Shown piece by piece: positions 39,525-49,652 of a stretch of 64,000 bases of DNA. The position numbers and the translations under genes are program-made. The stretch spans positions 80-64,079 of the forward strand of contig DASTKI010000165.1 of assembly GCA_035716045.1 (NCBI GenBank), given 5' to 3'. This stretch comes from Ktedonobacterales bacterium (GTDB lineage Bacteria; Chloroflexota; Ktedonobacteria; Ktedonobacterales; JADMIN01). Under the pieces are notes generated by a model, which saw only the letters and a list, made by a program, of their open reading frames with translations, ran no database searches and was not told the origin of the DNA. Each line of letters begins with the position of its first letter. The stretch's first letter is position 1.

Positions 39525-41090
39525 ATGTCATCCCTGAGCGATACCACGACGCCATCTCTCGCCACACGCCTACGGTCCGCGCTAACCAGCGATCTCGCTC
39601 CCGCCGCTACCCTGGCGCTGCTCATCTTCATCGCCCACATGCTCATGGCCGGGAACTACGGCTACTTCCGTGACGAGCTGTACTACCTCGTGGCCGGGAT
39701 GCGTCTCGCTCCCGGCTATGTAGATTTTCCGCCCATGATCGCCCTGCTCGCCGCCCTGACCCATCTCATCGTGCGCGACAACCTCGTCGCCATCCACATC
39801 ATCCCCGCCCTCGCCGCCGCCGCGCTCGTCTTCATCACCGCCCTCATGGCCCGCGCGCTCGGCGGCGGGCGCTTCGCCCAGACCCTCGCCGCGCTCGGCA
39901 GCGCCGCCAGCGTCGTCTTTCTCGCCACCGGCTCTATCTTCTCCATGGACATCCTCGACGCCCTCTGGTGGGCGCTCGGCGCCTACGTGCTCATCCAGCT
40001 CGTTCGGCGCGACGATCCGCGCCTGTGGCTGGCCTTCGGCCTTGTCGCCGGGCTGGGCCTCACGACCAAGCTCACCATGCTCTTCTTCGGCTTCGCCATC
40101 TTCACTGGCGCCCTTCTCACCTCGCGCCGCCGCGACTTCCGCACACCTTGGCCCTGGCTCGGCGGCCTGATCGCCTTCGTCTTCCTCCTCCCCTACCTCC
40201 TCTGGAACGCCGCCAACGGCTGGCCCACAGTCGCGTTCTGGGGTCATTACGGCGGCCTCACCGGCGGCGGACCCATCGGCTTCCTCGCCAACCAGATCCT
40301 CGCCGTCAACCCGCTCAACATCCCGCTCGTCATCGCGGGCCTCGTGTTCTACTTTCGCGGCGCCGCTGGCAAACCCTGGCGTATGCTTGGCTGGTCCTAC
40401 GTCATTCTCTACGTCCTGCTGACTCTCATCAACGCGAAGACCTACTTCCTCGCCCCCGCGTATCCCATGCTCTTCGCCGCCGGCGGTGTCCGACTCTCTG
40501 AGGCCTTCACCTCTCCCCGCTGGCGCTGGGCGCGGCTGGCCTATCCCACCGCCATCGCCTTCTTCGCCATCGCCCTCGCGCCGCTCGCCATGCCGATCCT
40601 CCCGCCTGCCACATTCGTCGCGGACTACGGCTGGCTGACCGGCGCAGGCAACTCCGCCGCCGGTCAGGGGCAGGCCACCATGCCGCAGTACCTCGGCGAC
40701 CGCTTTGGATGGGATACGATGACCGCTGACGTCACCCGCGTCTACGATAGCCTACCGCCCGCCGAGCGCGCCCAAGCCTGCGTCTTCACCGCCAATTACG
40801 GCGAGGCCAGCGCCCTTACTCTGCTCGCCGCTCCCGGCAGCCTCCCGCCGATCATCAGTGGGCATAACACCTACTGGCTCTGGGGTCCCGGCTCTTGCTC
40901 CGGGCGCGTCATCATCGCCGTCGGCATCCCTCGCTCCGACCTGGCGCAATCCTACGCCTCCATCACCTCCGCTGGAGTTGTCCGCTGCATCTACTGCCAG
41001 CCCGAGGAAAACGGAGCGCCCATCTACATCTGCGCCGGCCCTAAGCTCGCCGTCCCCGCCCTTTGGCCTCGCGTTCGCCGCTTCAACTGA
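39525..41090 (+). CDS. GT39/GT83-type (ArnT/PMT-like) membrane glycosyltransferase
   Basis: 521 aa. First-loop motif GNYGYFRDELYYLVAGMRLAPGYVDFPPM, more than 10 TM segments and a C-terminal soluble domain. Confidence 0.8.
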   Translation: MSSLSDTTTPSLATRLRSALTSDLAPAATLALLIFIAHMLMAGNYGYFRDELYYLVAGMRLAPGYVDFPPMIALLAALTHLIVRDNLVAIHIIPALAAAALVFITALMARALGGGRFAQTLAALGSAASVVFLATGSIFSMDILDALWWALGAYVLIQLVRRDDPRLWLAFGLVAGLGLTTKLTMLFFGFAIFTGALLTSRRRDFRTPWPWLGGLIAFVFLLPYLLWNAANGWPTVAFWGHYGGLTGGGPIGFLANQILAVNPLNIPLVIAGLVFYFRGAAGKPWRMLGWSYVILYVLLTLINAKTYFLAPAYPMLFAAGGVRLSEAFTSPRWRWARLAYPTAIAFFAIALAPLAMPILPPATFVADYGWLTGAGNSAAGQGQATMPQYLGDRFGWDTMTADVTRVYDSLPPAERAQACVFTANYGEASALTLLAAPGSLPPIISGHNTYWLWGPGSCSGRVIIAVGIPRSDLAQSYASITSAGVVRCIYCQPEENGAPIYICAGPKLAVPALWPRVRRFN

Positions 41091-41123
41091 CGCCTCTGCC
41101 TCAAACCGCCCGGCGCGAGATGT

Positions 41124-41168
41124 GCCCCCTCGCCTGCGCGCCGAGACGAGAGGATTAGGGAGTGAGGC
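41124..41168 (+). repeat. Degenerate family A-like repeat
   Basis: ccccctcgcctgcgcgccgagacgagaggattagggagtgaggcc. Confidence 0.5.
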
Positions 41169-41283
41169 CACGTTGGGGTCATGCGGAGACAGGAGTCGCG
41201 CTGTGCAATCAGCCGTCACGCCGAAACCGCGCCAGAGCTATGCCCTTCGCGCGGTATGAGAAGCTATGAGAAGCCATGAAAAT

Positions 41284-41325
41284 CCCCTCTCCCGTGCGCG
41301 GGAGAGGGGGTCAAGGGTGAAGGAC
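41284..41325 (+). repeat. Family A repeat, copy 11, abutting the stop of the KGG gene
   Basis: cccctctcccgtgcgcgggagagggggtcaagggtgaaggac. Confidence 0.8.
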
Positions 41326-41526
41326 TCACCCGCTCGCCAGCGACTCGCTCTCGTCATGGCGGCCCGACGCTCCTCCTTTGCGGCCCGCCTGGCGCGCCTC
41401 GTTGCTGTCCCACTCATGCGCTGTGCCATGCAGATGCGCCGCGCGCCCGCCCTTGCTGGCGATCTCGCGCTGCTTCTTGGGGTCCATCGCCGCGAATCCC
41501 CGGCGGCGGGTTTTGCGTTCCTGCAT
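41326..41526 (-). CDS. KGG-repeat general stress protein (YciG-like)
   Basis: Trimmed to MQERKTRRRGFAAMDPKKQREIASKGGRAAH...EARQAGRKGGASG (two KGG motifs). Confidence 0.7.
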   Translation of the reverse strand: MQERKTRRRGFAAMDPKKQREIASKGGRAAHLHGTAHEWDSNEARQAGRKGGASGRHDESESLASG

Positions 41527-42022
41527 CGTGCGCCTTACCTCTCGCTCCAGACGCCATCGCGCGCTCCAGCGGGGAACCCTCCCCCCAACGAGCGCCTGCG
41601 GGCCGAGTTGCCTGTATGGCGTAGCCGCCCTCGCGCACGCAACATCCATGCCGAACCACGCGCCGCGCCGCGCGCCGCCCAAGAAAACACGTGAAAACAA
41701 GAGCGTGACTTGGCATGGCGCGTGCTTGCTGGCGGGTCGTCCGCGCTACGTGATAGCATGCGGCTATCGTCCCGAAATCCCGGCCAGCAGCCGGCGGAGC
41801 CTGGTAGCGCGTCACGCTGGATCGCCTCAGGCGCCGCCCGCAACGTTCACCCCCGCCACGTAGCCCTTCCCCGGCCCCGTCTGGATGCGGGCGCCCGTGG
41901 GCCAGGGCGGCGGAGCCAAGGCGCGACGTCGCGCGATGTCAAGACGCCAGGGCGAGCCTGGGTCCGCTCCCATGCCGCCAGGCGTCGCCATGAGGAACCG
42001 GATACAGATTGAGGAGAGTACT

Positions 42023-42532
42023 ATGGGACGCTCCAGCACGGGATCACGTGGCCAGGCCAAGCGGCAGCGCCGCATCACCCAGGACCTCGTCCTGGAACGG
42101 CTCACCCTCGAAGATAGCGACTGGCTCCTGCGGACCTCCGCCGGTATGATGAAGCTCGAGCCCGCCGCGCGTGACGCCGTTCTCGTCCGCAGGATCGCCT
42201 TCCGCTACCGCCCCGGCAAGATGGGCATCGCCGACGCCCTCGACGCCGTCGAGGACCTTTTCGCCCCTTTCGCCGCCCTCGGCGCCGTTATCGAGCCACG
42301 CGACGACTGGGAGATCATTGATGAAGAGGCCGAGGCGGGCGCGCTCGCCTCCCTCGGCCCCTCCGCCAGCTTCGCCGAGGCCATGCGCCGCACCATGCTG
42401 CGCCAGCGCCGCATGCCCGACGGCGTAGACCTCATCGTGGACGCCGTCGTCACCTTCGACGCCGAGGTCAGCGACCTCGCCGCCGCCGCGCTGCACTGGC
42501 TCACCCTCGGCCTGCGCGCGCGCGAACCGTAA
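42023..42532 (+). CDS. Hypothetical protein
   Basis: ATG 42023 with RBS gaggagag, 169 aa, acidic and soluble. No family recognised. Confidence 0.5.
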   Translation: MGRSSTGSRGQAKRQRRITQDLVLERLTLEDSDWLLRTSAGMMKLEPAARDAVLVRRIAFRYRPGKMGIADALDAVEDLFAPFAALGAVIEPRDDWEIIDEEAEAGALASLGPSASFAEAMRRTMLRQRRMPDGVDLIVDAVVTFDAEVSDLAAAALHWLTLGLRAREP

Positions 42533-42573
42533 CTACCCGCACGCTCAGTATCCCCACTGCCAGGAGAGACCGC

Positions 42574-43398
42574 ATGCGCGTAATGATCTGGGCCGACATG
42601 GAGGGCATGGCTGGCATCGAGGTCTGGGAGCAGGTCACCGGCGGCCATCCTCAGTACGAGGAAGGCCGCCGCCTGATGACCGGCGAGGTCAACGCCGCCG
42701 TGCTCGGCGCGAAGGCCGCGGGCGCCGATGACATCATCGTCGTGGACTGCCACGGCGCGGGCGGCTCCTACAGCTTCAAGACGCTGATTCCCGACAAGCT
42801 GGAGCCCGGCGCGAGCTACGTGCTCGGCTACCCCTGGCTGCGCTATGTCGAGCCGCTGCGCGCTGGCTGTGACGCCTGCCTGCTCATCGGCGCGCACGCC
42901 ATGGCCGGGACGGCGAACGGCGTCCTCTGCCATACCGTCAGCAGCGAGGCGTGGTACAACGCCCGCATCAACGAGACGCTGGTAGGCGAGAGCGGACTGG
43001 AGGCCGCCGTCTTCGGCGCATTCGACGTCCCCGTCGCCTTCGTCTCCGGCGACCGCGCCACCTGCGACGAGGTGACGGCCCTACTCGGCCCTAAAGTCGT
43101 GACCGCCGAGACGAAAGAGGGCCTGGGCCGCTTCTCCGCCCGCACCCTCAGCCACGCCGACGCCTGCGACCTGATCGAGGCGCGCGTGCGCGAGGCGCTG
43201 GAGCGACACGACTGGCCCGACCCCTGGAAGCCCGCCCAGCCGATCACCTTCACCGTCGAGCTCGCCGCCCCCGACCATGCCCAGTCCTATATCGGTCGCC
43301 CCGGCCTGGAGGTCGTCAACGCCCGTACCGTCATCGCTCGTGGCGCCCCCGACCACACCTTCTGGGACATCTGGGACAACTTCTGGTATCGCCGCTGA
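42574..43398 (+). CDS. D-aminopeptidase, peptidase family M55 (DppA-type)
   Basis: MRVMIWADMEGMAGI...VVDCHGAGG...IGAHAMAG matches the M55 metal-ligand pattern. Confidence 0.8.
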   Translation: MRVMIWADMEGMAGIEVWEQVTGGHPQYEEGRRLMTGEVNAAVLGAKAAGADDIIVVDCHGAGGSYSFKTLIPDKLEPGASYVLGYPWLRYVEPLRAGCDACLLIGAHAMAGTANGVLCHTVSSEAWYNARINETLVGESGLEAAVFGAFDVPVAFVSGDRATCDEVTALLGPKVVTAETKEGLGRFSARTLSHADACDLIEARVREALERHDWPDPWKPAQPITFTVELAAPDHAQSYIGRPGLEVVNARTVIARGAPDHTFWDIWDNFWYRR

Positions 43399-43878
43399 CA
43401 GGCGCACCCGGCAGGCGCGCGCCACAGCTGAGCGACGGCGCCAGACGATTCGCGTGACGAATGGCGCCCGTAACGCTCGCCGTAACGAGTCCGTTACGGG
43501 CTCCCCCTAGAATGATGGGAGAAGGATGGGAGAGAAGGAAACCTCTTCTGTCCAGGGCGCTCGTCGTTCGTGTCGTCGCGCTCGCCCAGACGTAGCCCGT
43601 TTGCGCCGTTTCCCTGTTTGTCCCCGGGCGACCATCTCCGCGGCCACGACGCGGATGAGGAGCGCATGATGCCAGGTCCAGGTTCGGCAGGCATATTCCG
43701 ATACGCCGGCTGGTCAGCATAGCGATCGCCGTCCTGACGGTCGCCGGTTTCCTGGTATGCTTCTTAGGTTCGCTGATCTGGCTCTTCGGCCTGGGGCCGG
43801 CTTCTCGCCACCGCGGTGATGGATTACGGCGCATCCCTATCCCACTGAGCGCGCTCGCGAGGGAAAGGATGGAGAACC

Positions 43879-44307
43879 ATGTTTACTCGGGCCATGCGAT
43901 GGACGTACCTGGTGTGGGCGTGGATCATTCTGGCGGCAGTGATCGTGCAGTTCTTCCTTGCTGGGCTGGGAGTCTTCGCTGGCGTGAGCAACTTTCAGAC
44001 GCACGCGAATTGGGGCTACACGCTCTTCTTCGTCATGCTGCTCTGGCTCGCGCCTGCGTTCGCCGCCCGGCTTCCGTGGGGGACGATTGGCCTGACCGCC
44101 CTGGCGCCCGTCCTTGTCCTCCTCCAGTCAGTCTTCATCGCGATGTGGCATGGCGGCTTGCCCGCCGTGGCGGCGCTACATGTCGTGAACGGCCTGGCCA
44201 TCTTCGCGCTGTCAGGCTTCCTGGCGCTTCAGGCGAGGCAATATCTCACCACGCATCTCCCCGCGCATGAGCCCGCATCCATGGACGCGGGCGCGTCAAC
44301 AGGATGA
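43879..44307 (+). CDS. Small 4-TM membrane protein, function unknown
   Basis: 142 aa with four hydrophobic helices. RBS ggaaaggatggag lies upstream. Confidence 0.55.
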   Translation: MFTRAMRWTYLVWAWIILAAVIVQFFLAGLGVFAGVSNFQTHANWGYTLFFVMLLWLAPAFAARLPWGTIGLTALAPVLVLLQSVFIAMWHGGLPAVAALHVVNGLAIFALSGFLALQARQYLTTHLPAHEPASMDAGASTG

Positions 44308-44578
44308 CCCGAATGCCGTGACACGTGAGGCTCCGCGAACGATCGCGCCGCTTGCGCCCATGCCGGCGCATCACAAGGCTCGTGGATGGCGTAGAGCATG
44401 GCGCGCCAGCATACTCGAGCGCGTCATGCTCCACACCGCCTCATCGCGCCATAGTCGCGCGCCTAGCCGTACTCCACTCTTGGCGTCACGCCCGCCCGCT
44501 GGGCCACTGCGGCCGCAAAGACTGCGCCAGGCGACTCCCCGGACGCGAGCGACGCAGCGCCGCCCACATCACGCCCGG

Positions 44579-44719
44579 CTAGTGGCTGAATCTCACCGCG
44601 TCGGTGTTGCCGCCGCAGATGATGACGCCGACGCGCTCGCCCGGCGCCGACTGGTACTTGCCGGAGAGGAGGGCGGCGATGCCGCCTTTGCCGTTTAGAT
44701 GCGTTGGCGCTAGAACTGG
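44579..44719 (-). pseudogene. Displaced remnant of a threonine-dehydratase 3' end (attR-like copy)
   Basis: Own translation ...NGKGGIAALLSGKYQSAPGERVGVIICGGNTDAVRFSH* compared with the intact gene end ...GGATAFAALLSGKYQPAPGERVGVIICGGNTDAVAFHH*. 54 nt are identical (caccgcgtcggtgttgccgccgcagatgatgacgccgacgcgctcgcccggcgc). Confidence 0.75.
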
Positions 44720-44803
44720 CATAGCGCGGGCTCATTGCGGCGCCGCCTCGCATGATATGCTATACCCATCGTTCCCGCCATCCGCATCGAGGAGAGAAAC
44801 GCG

Positions 44804-45034
44804 ATGGGCGCACTGCCAGACCGCATCGTCATAGATCCCGCGATCAATCATGGCAAACCCGTCATTCGCGGCCTGCGCTATCCAGTCGAGACATTGCTCG
44901 AACTGTTGAGCGCTGGTATGACGATTGACGACATCCTCGCGGACTATGAAGACCTAGAACGTGAAGATGTGCTTGCCGCGCTGGCCTTCGCCGCGCGCCT
45001 CACACATATCCAACGTATAGAATCCATCGCATGA
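44804..45034 (+). CDS. DUF433-family antitoxin-like protein
   Basis: IDPAINHGKPVIRGLRYPVETLLELLSAGMTIDDILADYEDLEREDVLAALAFA is the canonical DUF433 pattern. Confidence 0.85.
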   Translation: MGALPDRIVIDPAINHGKPVIRGLRYPVETLLELLSAGMTIDDILADYEDLEREDVLAALAFAARLTHIQRIESIA

Positions 45035-45047
45035 TTGGCTCGGTGGC

Positions 45048-45401
45048 ATGAGGTTTCTGGTGGATGCGCAACTGCCTCGCCGGATCGTCTATCGCATGCG
45101 CGAGACGGGCCACGATGCGTTGCATACACTGGACCTGCCGCATGGGAACCGTACGCCTGATGCGGAGATCATCGCGATTGCTTCGCGTGATGATCGTATT
45201 GTCGCAACAAAAGACGCCGACTTCGTGAACTCGTTTGTGCTGCTGCGCCAACCACCCCGCTTGCTCTTGATCTCCACTGGCAACATCAAGAACGCTGATC
45301 TGGAAACACTACTGCTATCACAGATGGCGAACATTGAGGCCGCATTCACCACATGCGATTTCGTCGAGCTGACCCGCCAGGCGCTTGTCCTGCGCGCGTG
45401 A
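45048..45401 (+). CDS. DUF5615-family PIN-like putative toxin
   Basis: MRFLVDAQLPRRIVYRMRETGHDALH...DAEIIAIASRDDRIVATKDADF. Starts 14 nt after the DUF433 gene, the usual two-gene arrangement. Confidence 0.85.
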   Translation: MRFLVDAQLPRRIVYRMRETGHDALHTLDLPHGNRTPDAEIIAIASRDDRIVATKDADFVNSFVLLRQPPRLLLISTGNIKNADLETLLLSQMANIEAAFTTCDFVELTRQALVLRA

Positions 45402-45450
45402 GCACGCGCCTATTTGATAGAGCCCTGGCCTTCGGCCCGAACAACGCCGC

Positions 45451-46395
45451 TCAGTGGTGGAAGGCCACCGCGTCGGTGTTGCCGCCGCAGATGATGACGC
45501 CGACGCGCTCGCCCGGCGCTGGCTGGTATTTGCCGGAGAGGAGGGCGGCGAAAGCCGTCGCGCCGCCTGGCTCGGCCACCAACCGCAGCGCCTTCCACAG
45601 CGCCTCTTGCGCCGCACGGATGTCGTCGTCACTCACCAGCGTCACGCCAGAGACATACTCTTGCGCCAGTGGGAACATCAGCGAGCCGACCTGGCGCGGG
45701 GCCAGTGAGTCGGCGGCGATGCTGCCGGTGGGCGCGTCCACCGGATGGCCCGCCTCCAGCGCGTTGTAGAGCGTCGGCGCGCCCTCCGGCTCGACGCCAA
45801 CAACCTTCACCGCGCCGCGATACCACGCCGCGACGCCGCCGATCAGCCCACCGCCGCCAACCGCCACGAGTAGCGTATCAATCGCGCCGTCCTGCTCCTG
45901 CAGCTCGCGGCCCAGCGTCCCCTGGCCCAGCAGCGTCTCCACCTGCTCGAAGGGATGCACAGGGAGCGCGCCGCTGCGCACGCGGAACTCCTCGCTGGCG
46001 GCGTGCGCGTCAGCAAAGCGCTCGCCCGTCACGACCAGCTCCGCGCCCAGTTCGCGGATGCGCGCGATCTTGGCCGGCGAGGAGATGGTAGGAACGAAGA
46101 TCGTCGCCGGGACGCCGAGCCGTTGCGCGGCGAACGCCACCGCCACACCGTGATTGCCGCCCGACGCCGCCACCACGCCCGCCTCGGGAATATCACGCAG
46201 CAGCAGATTGGCGAAAGCCCCGCGCGCCTTAAACGAGCCCGCGTGCTGCAGCAACTCCAGCTTCACCGCCAGCGGCCCGGCGGGCAGGCCGAAGTCCTGG
46301 CCATCCACCGCGATGAGCGGCGTGCGGCGGATGTAGGGGGCGATGCGCTCGTGGGCCTCCGCGATGTGCTCCGGCGCGATCGGCGATTCGGTCAT
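45451..46395 (-). CDS. Threonine/serine dehydratase (PLP-dependent, fold type II)
   Basis: PLP-lysine motif LQHAGSFKARGA, glycine loop ASGGNHG, 314 aa. Confidence 0.85.
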   Translation of the reverse strand: MTESPIAPEHIAEAHERIAPYIRRTPLIAVDGQDFGLPAGPLAVKLELLQHAGSFKARGAFANLLLRDIPEAGVVAASGGNHGVAVAFAAQRLGVPATIFVPTISSPAKIARIRELGAELVVTGERFADAHAASEEFRVRSGALPVHPFEQVETLLGQGTLGRELQEQDGAIDTLLVAVGGGGLIGGVAAWYRGAVKVVGVEPEGAPTLYNALEAGHPVDAPTGSIAADSLAPRQVGSLMFPLAQEYVSGVTLVSDDDIRAAQEALWKALRLVAEPGGATAFAALLSGKYQPAPGERVGVIICGGNTDAVAFHH

Positions 46396-46430
46396 GTCGT
46401 CTCCATTGACTATTCGTGGCTATTCGGTCG

Positions 46431-47162
46431 CTACTCAGCGGGCAGGCGGGCGCTCTCTTCGAGCAGGCCGCCCTCGCGCAGGTGGGTGATGTCGTTGAGG
46501 GCCATCAGCAGGCGGCGCTCGCCCAGCGCGCGCGCCACCGAGACGCTGGTATTGGCGGCAGGGAAGAAGTAGTCACGGTCGAGGCTGAGGATGCTGGCGA
46601 AGAAGGCGTTGATCGCGCCGCCATGCGAGAAGACCGCCACCCGCTCGCCGGGGTGCGCCGCGTGGATACGCGCCACCGCCGCGTTCACACGCGCCCGTAG
46701 CGCCTCAGATGGCTCGCTGCCCGGGATCACGCTCCACTTGCCCACCTCCACGGCGATGCCAGCGATCTCGCGCAGGCGCTGGCGCAGCAGCTTCGCTACC
46801 GCCGCCGGGTCGGTCAATCCCTCCACCTCGCCGCCGACCGGCCCCAGCTCCACCTCACGCAGATCGTTGTCGAGCTGGACTTCCAGCCCCAACGTATCGG
46901 CCGTCGGGCGGGCAGTCTGCACGGCGCGGCCCGTCGGACTGCTGTAGATCGCCGTGGGCTTGTAGAGCGCCAAGCGCCGCGCCAGCGCCTGGGCTTGACG
47001 TCGTCCCAGGTCGCTCAGCGCCTGCGCGTCATAATCGCCCATCACGATCTCGTCCTGGTCCGGCAGGGCGTCGCCATGCCGCACGAAATAGATCTCCGTC
47101 CCGCCGCTCTTCAGGCCCAGGAATGGGTCGCGCGCCTCGCGCCCGGTCTCGTCAGATGCCAT
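46431..47162 (-). CDS. Histidine phosphatase family protein (PGAM-like)
   Basis: RHG motif EIYFVRHGDALP, plus LSDLGRRQA and a C-terminal SHGG. Confidence 0.8.
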   Translation of the reverse strand: MASDETGREARDPFLGLKSGGTEIYFVRHGDALPDQDEIVMGDYDAQALSDLGRRQAQALARRLALYKPTAIYSSPTGRAVQTARPTADTLGLEVQLDNDLREVELGPVGGEVEGLTDPAAVAKLLRQRLREIAGIAVEVGKWSVIPGSEPSEALRARVNAAVARIHAAHPGERVAVFSHGGAINAFFASILSLDRDYFFPAANTSVSVARALGERRLLMALNDITHLREGGLLEESARLPAE

Positions 47163-47253
47163 GTATCCTCACAAGTACAAGCAATGTATGCGCGGCGCCC
47201 GTTGCGCCGCAGCCAGCGCGGCCATAAATGGCCGGGATTCCCCGCCCCTCACC

Positions 47254-48354
47254 CTAGAAGCGCTCCTCGCCCCGGCAGACGCCCAGCGCCCGCGCAGCTA
47301 GCATCGGCACACCCGCATCTAGCGTCTTGAAGAACGGGTCGTCGGTGGTCCCGGCCAGGTGGCGCTTGTAGCTGCCCTCCAGCAGGATCGCCAGCTTCCA
47401 GATCGCCAGCGCCACGTAGAACGCCAGGTGGTCTACCTGCCGCCCCGTGCGCGCCGCGTAGCGCGCGATCAACTGGGCGCGCGTCGGGAAGCCAGGCTGC
47501 GCCGTCACATTCCATGAGGCGTCGCCCAGGTGGCGCAGCGGCCCCGCGTCGGGGTCGCCCGGCTCGCGCCAAAAGGAGAGCAGGTAGCCAAGGTCCGCCA
47601 GCGGATCGCCGAGCGTCGCCATCTCCCAGTCGAGGATCGCCAGCGCGCGGGCGGGCGGCTCCGGCGCGAAGATCAGGTTATCCAGCCGGTAGTCGCCGTG
47701 CACAATCGTCGCGGGCGGCGACTCAGGCAGATTGGCCGCCAGCCAGGCCGTTGTCGCGTCGAGATCAGGCAGCGGGCGCGAGCGCGAGGCGTCGAGCTGG
47801 CCCGTCCAGCGGCGTAACTGCCGCTCCAGGTAGCCCGCTGGCTTGCCCAGGTCGGCCAGCCCCACCGCCTGCCAGTCTACCGCGTGCAGGTCGGCCAGCC
47901 GGTCTATCAATTCCTCACCCAGACCCATGCGCGCCGCCACATCCTCCTCGAACGCGGGCGGCAGCCCGGCGCGGATCACTACGCCCTCGATGCGCTCCAT
48001 CAGGTAGAAGGGCGCGCCGATCACGCTGGCGTCATCGCACATCAGCACCGGTTTGGGAACAGGGACATTCGTATGCTCCAGCCCGCGCAGCACGCGATAC
48101 TCGCGCCCAACGTCATGCGCCGTAGGCAGCAGCGGCCCGCGCGGCGGGCGGCGCAGCGCCCAGCGGCTCGCCCCGCGCGTCACAAAGAACGTCTCGTTCG
48201 AGTGCCCCCCGCGAATGCGCTCCACCTGCAGCGACGCCTCGGCGTCCGGCCCCGGAATCTCCCGCGCCAGGTAGCGCCCCAGCGCCACTGGGTCCACCAG
48301 CGGCGGCTGCGCCGTTCCCGCTGGCGCTTCGCGCGCGTCGTGTGTCTCGCTCAT
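47254..48354 (-). CDS. Phosphotransferase (APH/choline-kinase-like) family protein
   Basis: Trimmed to MSETHDAREAP. Catalytic loop IVHGDYRLDNLIF, then ILDWEMATLGDPLADL. Confidence 0.8.
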   Translation of the reverse strand: MSETHDAREAPAGTAQPPLVDPVALGRYLAREIPGPDAEASLQVERIRGGHSNETFFVTRGASRWALRRPPRGPLLPTAHDVGREYRVLRGLEHTNVPVPKPVLMCDDASVIGAPFYLMERIEGVVIRAGLPPAFEEDVAARMGLGEELIDRLADLHAVDWQAVGLADLGKPAGYLERQLRRWTGQLDASRSRPLPDLDATTAWLAANLPESPPATIVHGDYRLDNLIFAPEPPARALAILDWEMATLGDPLADLGYLLSFWREPGDPDAGPLRHLGDASWNVTAQPGFPTRAQLIARYAARTGRQVDHLAFYVALAIWKLAILLEGSYKRHLAGTTDDPFFKTLDAGVPMLAARALGVCRGEERF

Positions 48355-48666
48355 GCGCCGCCACCCCGCTCTCGTCGCGTACGGCCACTGGTCCACATGG
48401 ATTCGCACATCCAGTATACGCCAGCCCGCCGACGCATGAGCGACCCGCGCCTACCAGACCGGTGAGGGACAGAAGGGCCAGCCCGCTTGGGCCGGGCGCT
48501 TGACGCCGCGCGCGTTTGCTTGCATGATGCGTCATATGCTCATCAATCAGCGCGCGCTCGCTTGCCACGAACGGCGTCTCATGGCGTGGGCGCCAGCTGG
48601 ACACGCAGCCCCTCGCGAGTAAGGCGCTATGCGGGTGGGGGAAACAAGACGAGGAGGCGCCACCGC

Positions 48667-49281
48667 ATGCTGGACATCACGACCTTTACCCGGACACCCT
48701 TTCACGTGCTCTATCTCGTGCGCCACGGGCAATACCAGCGCGCGTTCTCGCCGCCCGAGACACCCGACGGCCCGCTGACCGAGCTGGGCGCGGCGCAGGC
48801 CGAGCTGACTGGGCGGCGCCTCGCGCGGCTGCCCATCTGCGTCATCCACCACAGCACCCTCATCCGCGCGCGCCAAACAGCCGAGATCATCGCCCAATAC
48901 TTCCCGGATGTCGAGTTACGTCCTTCGCCGTTGCTGCGCGAGTGCCTGCCCACCGTCCCGCCCGCCTACATCCCCTACCTGGAGGGCGCCTCACCCGCCG
49001 ACTTCGCCCAGGGCGACCGCCAGGCGCGCGAGGTCTATCGCAAGTGGTTCAAGCCGCCCGCAGCGGACGCGACCGAATCCACGCGCGAGATCGTCGTCTC
49101 CAGCGGCAACCTCATCAGCTACCTCGTCGCGCGCACGCTCGGCGCCACCGGCAAGCAGTGGGTCGCCACCAGCATTCAGCACTGCGGCGTCACCGAAGTC
49201 GCGCTCGGCGGCCCGCGCAAGACGCTGCTTCTGCGCCACAGCGACACCGGCCACCTGCCCCCCTACCTCCAGACCATCTGA
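48667..49281 (+). CDS. Histidine phosphatase family protein (PGAM-like); its 3' end is the island integration site
   Basis: Trimmed to MLDITTFTRTPFHVLYLVRHGQY (RHG motif), plus LTELGAAQA and HHSTLIRARQTA. Ends ...LLLRHSDTGHLPPYLQTI*. Confidence 0.75.
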   Translation: MLDITTFTRTPFHVLYLVRHGQYQRAFSPPETPDGPLTELGAAQAELTGRRLARLPICVIHHSTLIRARQTAEIIAQYFPDVELRPSPLLRECLPTVPPAYIPYLEGASPADFAQGDRQAREVYRKWFKPPAADATESTREIVVSSGNLISYLVARTLGATGKQWVATSIQHCGVTEVALGGPRKTLLLRHSDTGHLPPYLQTI

Positions 49282-49424
49282 TGGGAGATGCGCTAGCCAT
49301 ACGTCATCCGCAACGCTCCTGCGCGCATGCCTGCTAATTCTTCGTCATAATAGAAATGTCTCATCGCATAACTTGACTCTTTGCAGCGATAAGTTGTAAA
49401 CTTCCAGCGGTATTCTGCTCCCGT

Positions 49425-49453
49425 GTGACAGAGTATGCTCTACTATATATAGT
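49425..49453 (+). promoter_or_regulatory. Candidate sigma-70-type promoter for the island plus-strand gene pair
   Basis: GTGACA (49425-49430), 17-nt spacer, TATAGT (49448-49453), in an AT-rich stretch about 200 nt upstream of ATG 49653. Confidence 0.3.
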
Positions 49454-49652
49454 GCGGCCAGGTTCAGTATGACACCAATTCAATGAGGAGGGAGAATTGA
49501 TGTAGATCGGGCGTCCCCCGCCTCAATGAGCCCGCGTTCACGCTCCCACTCGCAAACGCTCCTGAGGCAGTCCCCGCTGGACAACCTCATGCGCCACCCA
49601 ACGGACAGATGTACGAAACGATACGCCCGCAACAACGAAGGAGGGGCTCATC

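Noticed and set aside
43331-43834. 167-aa minus-strand ORF, and a plus-strand TM-like stretch (about 43700-43800)
   Set aside because: The minus-strand ORF is Arg/Pro/Ser-rich with no motifs. The plus-strand hydrophobic stretch has no ATG, GTG or TTG start after the upstream stop at 43666. Treated as intergenic.
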